The translations under genes and the position numbers were made by a program. A stretch of 64,000 nucleotides of DNA from Chiloscyllium plagiosum. Taxonomy: Eukaryota. Position 1 is the first letter of the stretch. Each line of letters begins with the position of its first letter. The notes below the pieces were generated by a model. The model was not told where the DNA came from. It did no database searches and was given only the letters and a program-made list of their open reading frames with translations. The stretch lies in contig NC_057720.1 of the NCBI RefSeq assembly GCF_004010195.1, forward strand, positions 1,573,704 through 1,637,703, in the 5' to 3' direction. Positions 23,990 to 35,040 of the stretch are shown here, one piece after another.

Positions 23990-26350
23990 ATAGAAACATA
24001 AGAACATAGAAAATAGGTGCAGGAGTAGGCCATTCAGCCCTTCAAGCCTGCCCCACCATTCAATATGATCATGGTTGATCATGCCATCTCAATCTCCCGT
24101 TCCCGCCCACTCCCCATTCCCCTTGATCTCTTTAGCTGTAAGGGTCACATCCTGCTCCCTCTTGAATATATCTAATGAACTGGCTCCAACAGCTTCCTGT
24201 GGGAGAGAATTCACAACTCTCTGGTTGAAGAAATTCCATCTCAGTTCAGTCCTGAATGGCTTACCCCTTAAACTTAGACTGTGACCCCCTTCTGAACTTC
24301 CCCAACATTGGGAACATTCTTCCAGCATCTAGCCTGTTCAGTCCCATCAGGATTTTATATGTCTCTATGAGATCCCTCTTATTCTTCTAAATTCCAGCGA
24401 GTACAAGTCCAGTTGATCCAGTCTTTCCTCATATTTCAGTCCTGCCATCCCAGGAATCAGTCTGGTGAACCTTTACTGGACTCCCTCAATAGCAAGAATG
24501 ACCTTCCTCAGACGAGGAGACAAACCTGCACACAATACTCAAGGGGTAGCCTCACCAAGGTCTTGTACAACTGCAGATGGAAATGTGTTGCTGGAGAAGC
24601 GCAGCAGGTCAGGCAGCATCTAGGGAACAGGAGAATCGACGTTTCGGGCATTAGCCCTTCTTCAGGAATGAGGAAAGTTTGTCCAGCAGGCTAAGATAAA
24701 AGATAGGGAGGAGGGACTTGGGGGAGGGGCGTCGGAAATGTGATAGGTGGAAAAAGGTCAAGGTGAGGGTGATAGGACAGACCTGGAGTACTGTGTGCAG
24801 ATTTAGTTTCCTTAATTAAGAAAGGATGTACTGGCACTGGAGGGGGTGCAGAGGAGGTTCACTAGGTTGATTCCGGAGTTGAGGGGATTGGCTTATGAGG
24901 AGAGGCTGAGTAGACTGGGATTATAGTCATTGGAATTCAGAAGAATGAGGGGGGCGGATCTTGTATAAACATATAAAATTATGAAGGATGGGTAACCTCA
25001 CATTTATCCACATGTATTTGCCTACTCAGCCAGTCTGTCCAGGTCACGCTGCAGCCTCTTAGCATCCTCCTCCCAGCACATACTGCCACCCAGCTTAGCG
25101 TCATCTACACATTGGAAATATGGCATTCAACTCCTTCGTCCAAATCGTTAATGTATTTTGTGAACAGCTGGGTCCCAGCACTGACCCCTGTGGTACCCCA
25201 CTCATCACTGCCTACCACTCTGAAAAGGACCCAATATTCCAACCCCCTGCTTCCTGTCTGCCAAGCAGTTCTCTACCCACATCACTACATTACCTCCTAT
25301 AACCATAAGCTTTACTTTTTCTTACTAATCTCTCATGTGGAAACTTGTCAAAAGCCTTTTGAAAGTCCAGAGACACAACATCCACTGATTCACCATCGTC
25401 CACTCGACTGGTCGCATCCTCAAAAACTTCCAGAAGACTTGCCGAGCATGATTTCCCTTTAGTGAATCCATGCTGACTCAGAGCCATTCTGTCACCACTT
25501 ACATCCTTAATAATTGACTCCACCACTTTCCCCACCACTGATGTCAGGCTAACCCGCCTATAATTCCCCATTTATTCTGTCTCCCTCCTTTTTTAAAGAG
25601 TGGGGTTACATTAGCGATCCTCTAGTCCATTGGAACTCTTCCAGAGTCTACAGAATGCTGGAAAATGATCACCAATGCATCTGCTATTTCTAGGGCCACT
25701 TCCTTAAGTCCTCTGGGATGTATCGGGTTTTAATCCCCTCAATTTCCCCAATACCATTTCCTGGTGAATAAGGATTTCCTTCAGTTCCTCCTTCATGCTT
25801 GACCTTCTGTCCCCGAGTGGGAGAAAGTGAGGACTGCAGATGCTGGAGATCAGAGCTGAAAAATGTGTTGCTGGAAAAGCGGTGAATGTTTCCTGAAGGT
25901 TATTTTTACCCTCCCTTAGTAAAGACAGATCCAAAGTATTTGTTTAACTGGCTCTGCCATCCCTTTGTTGTTCATTATGAATTCACCAGATTCTAACTGC
26001 AAGGAATCTACATTTGTCTTCACCAGTCTTTTTCTCTTCACATACCTATAGAAGCTTTTGCAGTCAGTTTTTTTTATGTTTTCCGCAAACTTACTTCTAT
26101 ATTCTATTTTTCCCTTCTGAAGTAAACCCTTTGCCCTCCTCTGCTGAATTTTAAATTTCTCCCAGTCCTCAGGTTTGCTGCTTTTTCTGACCAATTTATC
26201 TGTCTCCTCTTTGTCTTTAACTATCTCCCTGATTTCCCTTGTTAGCCATGGTTGAGTCTCCTTTCCTGTTTTACTCTTACACCAGACAGGGATGTACATT
26301 TGTCAAAGTTCATCCAAGTGTTCTTTAAATGATCACCTATCCACCATCAA
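23990..26350 (-). mobile_element. CR1 fragments (mostly minus) with family A insertions
   Basis: ORFs 25916-26299, 25290-25571 and 24089-24328 carry CR1 motifs. Confidence 0.8.
24573..24780 (-). mobile_element. Family A element with pyrimidine-rich upstream extension and intact hammerhead core (24636-24667)
   Basis: Minus strand: TC-CTGAAGA-A-GGGC-TAAT-GCCC-GAAA-CGTC-GA. Confidence 0.75.
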
Positions 26351-27145
26351 CCCCATCAATAGCAAATTAACTGGCACATTTCCCACTTCATAACGATGGA
26401 AACTATTTCATCGTTTGTAAAATGTTTTGAAACATCTGGTGGTCATGAAAAGTCCCATAAAAATACACACCTTTGTTTCTAGTGATATATTAATAGAAAT
26501 TCTTGTTATTGCTAAGGGGAGAATTGGTGTTAATCATGAGAGAGAAAGAAATAGACGATAGAAATAATCGATACAGGCCAGCAAATGGTAATCAATGTTG
26601 GAGGACTCCTATGTACAGTATAAACCCTGAACCTGTTGTGCTAAATGCCCATTTTCTATGCTGTAGATTTTACAGCAGGTATGAAAGTCAAAGTTAAGTT
26701 GTGTAAGAAAAATAACATTTTTGAAGCTTTTGTAAATATTTCTGTTTGCTGGCAAGTTAAGACAACATGTGTCAAATTATTTCCATTTCATTACAGGTCT
26801 TGTGCAAAAGGCATAAAAAGCATGTCATAAATAAAATGCAGATCGGGAAAGCAGTCTGACATACATCATCACATGATGGACTCACTCGCTTGTCTCTCAG
26901 CTTTTAGTTCTAACCACAATCATAAAGATTTGATCACTGGGTCTTCAGCAGCTGGTTGCTGGGTTTCAAGCTAGTTTATTTTAGTACATTCACTTGTGAG
27001 AGATGAGGAATGAATTTAAATTTCTAAAGGGCCTGTCACCACCTATATATAATTTGTATAGTGGCAGAAGAAGGTTATCTATGAGCACAACAGGATCTTG
27101 ATCAACAGGGCCAGTGACTGAGGAGTGACAGATGGAGTTTAAAAT

Positions 27146-27822
27146 ATAGAACATAGAACATTACAGCACAGTACAGGCCCTTCAGCCCTCAATGTTTCGC
27201 CAACCTGTCATACCAATCTGAAGTCCAACTAACCTACACTATTCCATGTCCGTCCATATGCTTGTCCAATGACGACTTACATGTACTTAAAGTTGGCAAA
27301 TCTACTACCGTTACAGGCAAAGCATTCCATACCCTTACTACTCTCTGAGTAAAGAAACTACCTCTGACATCTGTCCTATATTTATCACCCCTCAATTTAA
27401 AGCTATGCCCCCTGGTGCTCGCCGTCACCAGACTTGGAAAAAGGCTCTCCCTGTCCACCCTATCTAACCCTCTGATTATCTTATATGTCTCTATTAAGTC
27501 ACCTCTCAACCTTCTTCTCTCTAATGAAAACAGCCTCAAGTCCCTCAGCCTTTCCTCATAAGACCTTCCTTCCATACCAGGCAACATCTGAGTAAATCTC
27601 CTCTGCACCCTTTCCAAAACCTCCACATCCTTCTTATAATGCGGTGACCAGAACTGTACACAATACTCCAAGTGCGGCCGCACCAGAGTTTGTACAGCTG
27701 CAGCATAACCTCATGGTTCCGGAACTCGATAATTCTATTAATAAAAGCTAAAACACTGTATGCCTTCTTAACAATCCTGTCAACCTGGGTGGCAACTTTC
27801 AAGGATCAGTGTACCTGGACAC
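27146..27822 (-). mobile_element. CR1 3' end
   Basis: RPHLEYCVQFWSPHYKKD..GSFFTQRVVRVWNALP, plus tail. Confidence 0.9.
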
Positions 27823-28770
27823 AGCACTGTGGACACAGTACTGTGGACATGCAGATAAACGCGAGATGTTGCATTTTCATAAGACAAACCAGGATAGGAC
27901 TTATACAGTTAATGATAGGACCCTGGGGACTGTTGTCAATCAGAGATCCTAGGGGTTCAGGTACATAGTTCCTTGAAAGTGGCATCACAGGTAGATTGGG
28001 GGAGGGGGGGTGAAGAAGGCATTTGACAAGCTTTCCTTCATTGGTCAGAGCATTGAGTGCAGGAGTTGGAATGTCATGTTGCAACTTAATAGGACATTGG
28101 GTGAGGCCACTTTTGGAGTACTGCATATAGTTCTGGTCGCCTTTCTGTTGGAAGGATATTCTTAAATTGGAAAGTGTGCAGTAAAGATTTACAAGGATGT
28201 TGCCAGGACTGGAGGGTTTGAGGTATAAGGAGAGGCTGGACAGGATGGGACCTTTTTTCCCTGGAGCATAGGTTGAGAGGAGAAAGTGAGGTCTGCAGAT
28301 GCTGGAGATCAGAGCTGAAAATGTGTTGCTGGAAAAGCGCAGCAGGTCAGGCAGCATCCAGGGAACAGGAGAATCGCCGTTTCGGGCATAAGCCCTTCGT
28401 CAGGAATCATAGGTTGAGAGGTGACTTTATAAAATCATGAGGGACATAGATTAGGTGAATAGCCAAAGTCTTTTCCTGAGGGTAGGGGAGTTCAGAACTA
28501 AAAAGCATAGGTTTAAGGTAAGAGGGGAAAGATTTAAAAGAGACCTAAGGGGCAACTTTTTCATGGTGAGGGTTGTGCACATATGGAACGAACTGCCAGA
28601 GAAAGTGTTAAACGAAGTTACACATTTAAAAGATGTTTGAACAAGTACATGGATAGCAAAGGTTTAGAGAGATATGGGCTAAACTCAGGAAAATGGGACT
28701 GGTTTAGTTTTGGGAACCCTGAACGAGCTGGATTGAAGTGTCTGATTCCATGGTCTGTGACTCTATTCCA
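27823..28770 (+). mobile_element. CR1 3' portion with family A insertion
   Basis: CR1 C-terminal motifs (ORF 28455-28640). Confidence 0.8.
28281..28407 (-). mobile_element. Family A hammerhead-motif element
   Basis: Perfect 14-bp TSD cataggttgagagg (28267-28280, 28408-28421). Confidence 0.85.
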
Positions 28771-28899
28771 TTCCAAGATTCTTCAGAGTAATCACTGTTG
28801 TGATGGTGGAGGCGTAAATGACAAAATACACAATGTGAGCTCCCACAAACAGAAGAATTGATGGCCAGATCATCTGTGTCTGCGGTATGAGGCATGGAA

Positions 28900-29286
28900 A
28901 AATGGCTATAAGATCCTGTGTGGCTAGAATTCCAAATGCTCAAGATAATGATCTGAGGAAATATGCCACAACATTTCCCACAACAGTAGCCAGTGGAATT
29001 TCAGCTCAAAGAATCTGGAATTGAAAGCTAATCTCAATAATGATATAACCTCGATTGTCATAAAAACCCACATGGTTCACTAATGTGCATTTTGCGACAG
29101 ATATCTGCCATCCCCACGTGGCTTGGCCTATGTGTGATTCCAGGCTCACAGCAATGCGGTCGACTCTTAACTGGTCCCTGAAATGGCTGAGCAAGCTACT
29201 CAGTTCAAGGAAAATTAGGGAGGGGCACTAACTGCTGACTTTGCCGGTAATGCTCACATCCCATGAAAAAAGCAAAAGAAAAAAAA
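28900..29286 (+). mobile_element. Unnamed SINE-like dispersed repeat with A-rich tail
   Basis: aaaaacccacatggttcactaatg..cacatcccatgaaaaa; related pieces near 43440-43740 (-), 45098-45360 (+) and 58740-58950 (-). Confidence 0.6.
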
Positions 29287-29294
29287 CCCATCGA

Positions 29295-29662
29295 CGAGTC
29301 AGGTTTGAGGCCCATTCCAGATATTCCACAATGAAGGCTTGTCTAACACTGCAGTGCTGTAGAACTGAAGGGCTGCACTGTTGGAGGTGTGGTTTCCCAG
29401 GTGAGAGATTAGACTGAGGTCATGTGTGTTTGCTCAAGTGGATACAATAGAGTCCACTGCCATTGTACAGAAGAAACAGCTGGGGGATTCTACCTTGTGC
29501 CCTTAAACCAACATTTATTCTGTTCTTCAGCAAAGTAGACAACCTGGTCATTTACCAAGCGACTGTTTGTGACATCTTGCAAATTGACAGCTGCACATAA
29601 TACATTATGAAAGTGACTACACTTCACTCTTTTAGAGCACTTTGTAAAGTCCTGAAATCATG
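29295..29662 (+). mobile_element. Deu-domain-like SINE
   Basis: gctgcactgttggaggtg..gtgagagattagactgagg..gaagaaacagctggggg..agtgactacacttca. Confidence 0.55.
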
Positions 29663-32600
29663 TCAGAAAGGCAAGGTCACGGTGATCATGGGGGACTTCA
29701 ATATGCAGATGGACTGGGTAAATAATGTTGCCAGTGGATCCAAAGTAAGGGAATTCATGGAATGGCTTTTTGGAACAGCTTGTGATGGAGCCCACAACGG
29801 AGCAGGCTATTCTGGACTTAGTGCTCTGTAATGAGTCAGATTTTATAAAAGATCTTATAGTAAGGGAACACTTAGGAGACAGCGATCATAATATGGTAGA
29901 GTTCAGTCTGCAGTTTGAAAGAGAGAAGGCAAAATTAGCTGTAGTGGTGTTACAGTTAAATAGAGGTAATTACAGGGGCATGAGAGAGGAAATGACGAAA
30001 ATCGATTGGAAGTAGAGCCTAGCGGGGAAGACAGTAGAGCAACAATGGTAGGAGTTTCTGGGTGTAATTGAGGACACAATACAGAGGTTCATCCCAAAGA
30101 AAAGAGAGGCGGGGTGGGGGGGAATTAGACTGCCATGGCTGACAAAAGAAGTCAGGAAATGTATCAAAGAAAAAGAGAGAGCCTTAAAGTGGCCAAAATC
30201 ACTGGGAATTCAAAAGGTTGGGAAGGCTACAAAAACAAACAGGATAACAAAGAGAGAGATAAGGAAGGACAGGATCAAATATGAAGGTAGGTGAGCCAGT
30301 AATATTAGAAATGATAGTATAAGGTTCTATCAATACATAAGAAACAAACAAGAGGCAAAAGTAGACATTGGGCCACTTCAAATTGATGCAGGAAGGCTAG
30401 TACTGGGTGATAAGGAAATAGCTGAATAACTTAATAAGTACTTTGAATCAGTCTTCACAGTGGAAGACATGAGTAATATCCCAATAATTAAGGAGAGTCA
30501 GGAAGCAGAGTTTAGTATGCTAGCCATTACAAAGGAGAAAGTACTAGAAAAGCTAAAAGGTCTAAAAATTGATAATATTTACCTCCTCACTCTCCACAGG
30601 AGTCATACCGGAGGATTGGAAGGAGGCAAACGTTGTTCCTCTTTTCAAAAAGGGTAATAGGGAAATCCCTGGCAATTACAGGCCAGTCAGTCTTACGTCT
30701 GTGGTCAGCAAAATTTTGGAAAGAATTCTGAGGGATAGGATTTATGACTATTTGGCCCTTCCTGAAGAAGGGCTTATGCCCGAAACGTCGATTCTCCTGT
30801 TCCCTGGATGCTGCCTGACCTGCTGCACTTTTCCAGCAACACATTTTCAGCGACCATTTGGCAAAGCATAGTGTGATTAAAGGCAATCAGCATGGCTTTG
30901 TGAGGGACAGATCATGCCTCAAAAATCTTATTGAGTAATTTGAGGAGGTGTCAAGACAGGTTGATGATGGTCGAGCGGTGGATGTGGTGGATATGGACTT
31001 CAGCAAGGCATTTGATAGGGTTCCCCATGGTAGGCTCATTCATAAAGTCAGGAAGTATGGGATACAGGGAGATTTGGCTATCTGGATTCAGAATTGGCTG
31101 GCTGACAGAAGGCAGAGAGTGATTATAGATGGAAAAGATTCTGCCTGGAGGACAGTGTTGAGTGGGGTCCCACAGGGCTCTGTTCTTGGGCCTCTGCTCT
31201 TTGTAACAGGATTCTTGATAGTGTGGAGGAACAGAGGGATCTGGGTGTGCAAGTACATAGACCCCTCAAAGTTGCCACTTGGGTGGCAACTTTGAGGGGT
31301 CTAAGTACTTGCACACCCAGATCCCTCTGTTCCTCCACACTATCAAGAATCCTGTCTTTAATCCTATATTCAGCATTCAAGTTCGACCTTCCAAAATGCA
31401 TCACTTCGCATTTATCCAGGTTGTTTTGGCTTTCATTAACAGGGGGATCGAGTTTAAGAGCTGTGAGGTCTTACTGCAGTTCTACAAGTCCCTGGTGAGA
31501 CCACACTTGGAATATTGTGTCCAGTTCTGGTCGCCCTATTATAAGAAAGATACAGAAGCTTTGGAGAGGGTGCAAAGAAGGTTTACCAGGATGCTGCCTG
31601 GACTGGAGGGCTTGTCTAATGAAGAAAGGTTGAAGAAGCTCGGACTTTTCTCTCTGGAGAGAAGGAGGAAGAGAGGAGACCTAATTGAGGTGTACAAAAT
31701 AATGAGAGGAATAGATAGAATCAATAGCCAGAGACTTTTCTCCAGAGCAGGATTGACTGGTACGAAAAGTCATAGGTTGAAGATATTAGGAGGAAGGTAA
31801 AGAGGAGACGTCAGAGGTAGGTTCTTTACGCAGAGAATTGTGAATGCATGGAATGCGTTGCCAGCTGTGGTGGCGGTAGCAGAGTCTTTGAGGACATTTA
31901 AGCGACTGCTGGACTTGCACATGGTTAGCAGTGAGTTGAGGGGTGCGTACGTTAAGTTACTATATTTGACATTAGGATTAAATCTCGGCACAACATCGTG
32001 GGCCCAAGGACCTGTTCTGTGCTGTACTTTTCTATGTTCTATGTTCTAAATTCAACATGAGCAAATGCGAGGTCTTGCACTTTGGAAAAAAGAATACAGA
32101 CATGGACTATTTTCTAAACAGTGAGAAAATTCATACAGCCATAGTACCAAGGGATCTGGGAGTGCTAGTCCAGGATTCTCCAAAGGTTAACTTCTCTAAA
32201 GGTTGAGTCTGTGATTAAGAAAGCAAATGTAATGTTGTAATTTATTTCAAGAAGGTTGGAATATAAAAGCAGCGATGTGCTTCTGAGATTTTATAAAGCT
32301 CTAGTTAGACCCCATTTAGAATACCGTGTCCAATTTTGGGCCCCACACCTCAGGAAGGACATACTGGCACTGAAGCGTGTCCAGCAGAGATTCACACGGA
32401 TGATCCCTAGAATGGTAGGCCTAACATACGATGAACGGCTGAGGATCCTGAGATTGTATTCATTAGAGTTTAGAAGGTTGAGGGGAGATCTCATAGAAAT
32501 TTACAAGATAATGCATGGCTTAGAAAGGATGGATGCTGGGAAGTTGTTTCCATGAGGCGGAGAGACTAGGACCCATGGGCACAGCCTTAGAATTAGAGGG

Positions 32601-32870
32601 GGTTAATTTAGAATGGAAATGAGGAGCCATTTCTTCAGTCAGAGAGTGGTGGGCCTGTGGAATTCATTGCCACTGAGCGCAGTGAGACTGGGGCGTTAAA
32701 TGTCTTTGATGCAGAGATTGATAAATTCTTGATCTCACAAGGAATTAAGGGATACGGGAAGAGTGCAGGTAAATGGCGCTGAAATGCCCATCAGCCATGA
32801 TTGAATGGCGGAGTGGACTCAATGGGCCGAATGGCCTTACTTCCACTCTTATGTCTTGTGGTCTTATCAT
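29663..32870 (+). mobile_element. Nested or concatenated CR1 ORF2 remnants with two 3' ends
   Basis: MGDFNM, NYRPVSLTS, DFSKAFDRVPH and RPHLEYCVQFW motifs; tails at about 32047 and 32868. Confidence 0.85.
30757..30851 (+). mobile_element. Family A element with intact hammerhead core (30760-30791)
   Basis: TC-CTGAAGA-A-GGGC-TTAT-GCCC-GAAA-CGTC-GA; TSD gac(t/c)atttggc (30746-30756, 30852-30862). Confidence 0.8.
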
Positions 32871-33514
32871 GTCTGGCTCTATATAAATGCAATTCAGAGC
32901 TGTAAAAGATGAAGTCAGGTTGGTAACCAAAGGTTTGTAAAAAAAGTAACTTTTTAGGTACAACTGCCTGACAGGAAAGGAGGGGTTTAAGGAGCAAGTT
33001 CAGAGTTTAGGGCCTAGGCAGCTGAAGATACAGTCATCAACAGTGAAGCAATAAAAATGAGGGATGTATAACAGCCTAGAACTTGAGATGTGCAGAAATT
33101 TCAGAGTGTTTCAATAAATCATGGAACATTTACAAAAGAGAAGCAGATTTGGATCATGATGCCTGTGCTGGGTGTGGGACTAGAATTGGTTACAGAGAAC
33201 AGAGAGAGTGTGAAGGTGAGGATGACAGTATCAGAATCATCACCATTCACGTACTGTTTGACCTGGAGTACATGTTTCCAGAATGTAATTTCAGCTGAAA
33301 CAGGAGAGCATTCCTTTAGCTGAGTGATGGCATCTCAAATATTCAGACCGCTCCTCCCACAATCCACCAAGCTAAACAAGAAACAGCAGTGAATAATAGA
33401 TGGTCCTGTTAGCAACCAACCTTTGCAGTGTCCGTGATTCCAATCATCAACCATTCGAGATTGTCTTCCAGTCTCAACGAATTAAAGATTCAGTTCTTGG
33501 AGAAATGCAGTCAG

Positions 33515-33730
33515 CAAAAACAGAAACTGCTGACAAAACTCAGCAGGTCTGGCAGAATTTGTGGGGAGGAAGCAGAGTCAATTTCAAGTCCGGCGATTCA
33601 GTTCTGATGAAGAGTCACTGAACTTGAAATATTAACTCTACTTTCTCTCCAAAGATGCTGCCAGACCTGCTGAGTTTCAACAGCAGTTTCTGTTTTTATT
33701 TCAGATTTCCAGCATCCACAGTTTTCTATT
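33515..33730. mobile_element. Family C element, inverted dimer
   Basis: aaaaacagaaactgctg..aactcagcaggtctggcag is mirrored by ctgccagacctgctgagtt..cagcagtttctgttttt; decayed CTGATGA core at about 33604. Confidence 0.7.
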
Positions 33731-34479
33731 TTAGCAAAATCAGGAAATTATGTTTGTGTTTTACTCACTTTTTTTTGCATCATTCTGTTTATTGGGTACA
33801 AATGAATTGTGGGTTCTAAAGGAGGAAGAGGGTAGGGGGAGCAGTCATTAAGCTGGCTGACCCAGAGGGGCAAATATTCAAGCAAGGTTAGCAACAAAAA
33901 TCATTTGCCTCATTTTTGAAGGAAGAGTTTGTCTAGTTGCCTGTGCTGCATTGTTTCACATCAGCGTTGTGGTTTAGATATGATCTATTAGATGTTCCAG
34001 AGACACACTGAAACAATTAGAAACCTCGTGGATGCAGTAGCGCTGTTTCTCCAACAGTGAGAACAGCTTCACACTCCCTGGGGTAAATTTAATGCAGAGA
34101 TTGATGTGGGTAAGCGGGCTATCATTTTCCCCGTCTGAAGAGTTTTCTTTTGCACACTCCCCAACATGCTACCTACTCCCCACCCCCTCCACCACCCCCT
34201 CCCCACTCCCCAATATGTTACATCCCTCCCTACCTCCTCACCAGCCTCAACATGTCACCTCTCCCCATCCCTTTGCCACTCCCCTATGCTATTTATTTTT
34301 GACGCCGCATTCTCAGTTTGATTTGACAGCCAGATTACACAAGCAGCCAAACCAATAGCCCCTAGATTGGGGCCCCAAATCACAGGAGGGACCTCTGAAC
34401 TCCTCCAATTCTGACCACCTACACATTCTCTTTACTTACAAATGAGAACATTCAGGCAGTAGCATTGTTCTCCAGAACC

Positions 34480-35040
34480 TACCGTGCCCTAACCAAGTTA
34501 TTCCATTACAGCTACAACTCTGGAATTAAACCAACACTTTGTAAAATTGCCCAGGTATGTCCTGTACTCAAAATGTAGGACAAATCCAAGCCTCCAATTA
34601 TTGCTCTATCAGTCTACTCTCAGTCATCAGCAAAGTAATGGAAGGTGTCATTTACTGTGCTATCAAGCAGCACCAACTAAGGATTATCCTACTCATTAGG
34701 GATCAGTTTGGATTTTGTTAGCTACTGGCCTCATTACAGCCTTGTCCAAAGAATCTAAACAACAGAGGTGAGGAGGTGAGAGTGACAGCCCTTGACATCA
34801 AGGCCACATAAACCAGGTGTGGCATCAAGGAGCCCGAGTGAAACTGATTCGATGGGAATCAGGGGACAAAATTTTCGCTGGTTGGAGTCATACCTCTCAC
34901 ATAGGAAGATGGTTGTGGCTGTTCGAAATCAGCCATTGCAGCTCCAGGACATCTCTGCAGGAGCTCCTCAGAGTAGTGTCCTAGGCCCAACCATCTTCAG
35001 CTGCTTCACCAATGATCTTTCTTCCATTGTAATATAAAGT
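34480..35040 (+). mobile_element. CR1/L2-group LINE RT fragment (second lineage)
   Basis: WLESYLSHRKMVVAV..GAPQSSVLGPTIFSCFTNDL. Confidence 0.75.

Noticed and set aside
34001..34056. Exon-like segment (RHTETIRNLVDAVALFLQ)
   Set aside because: Weak acceptor and no recognisable protein.
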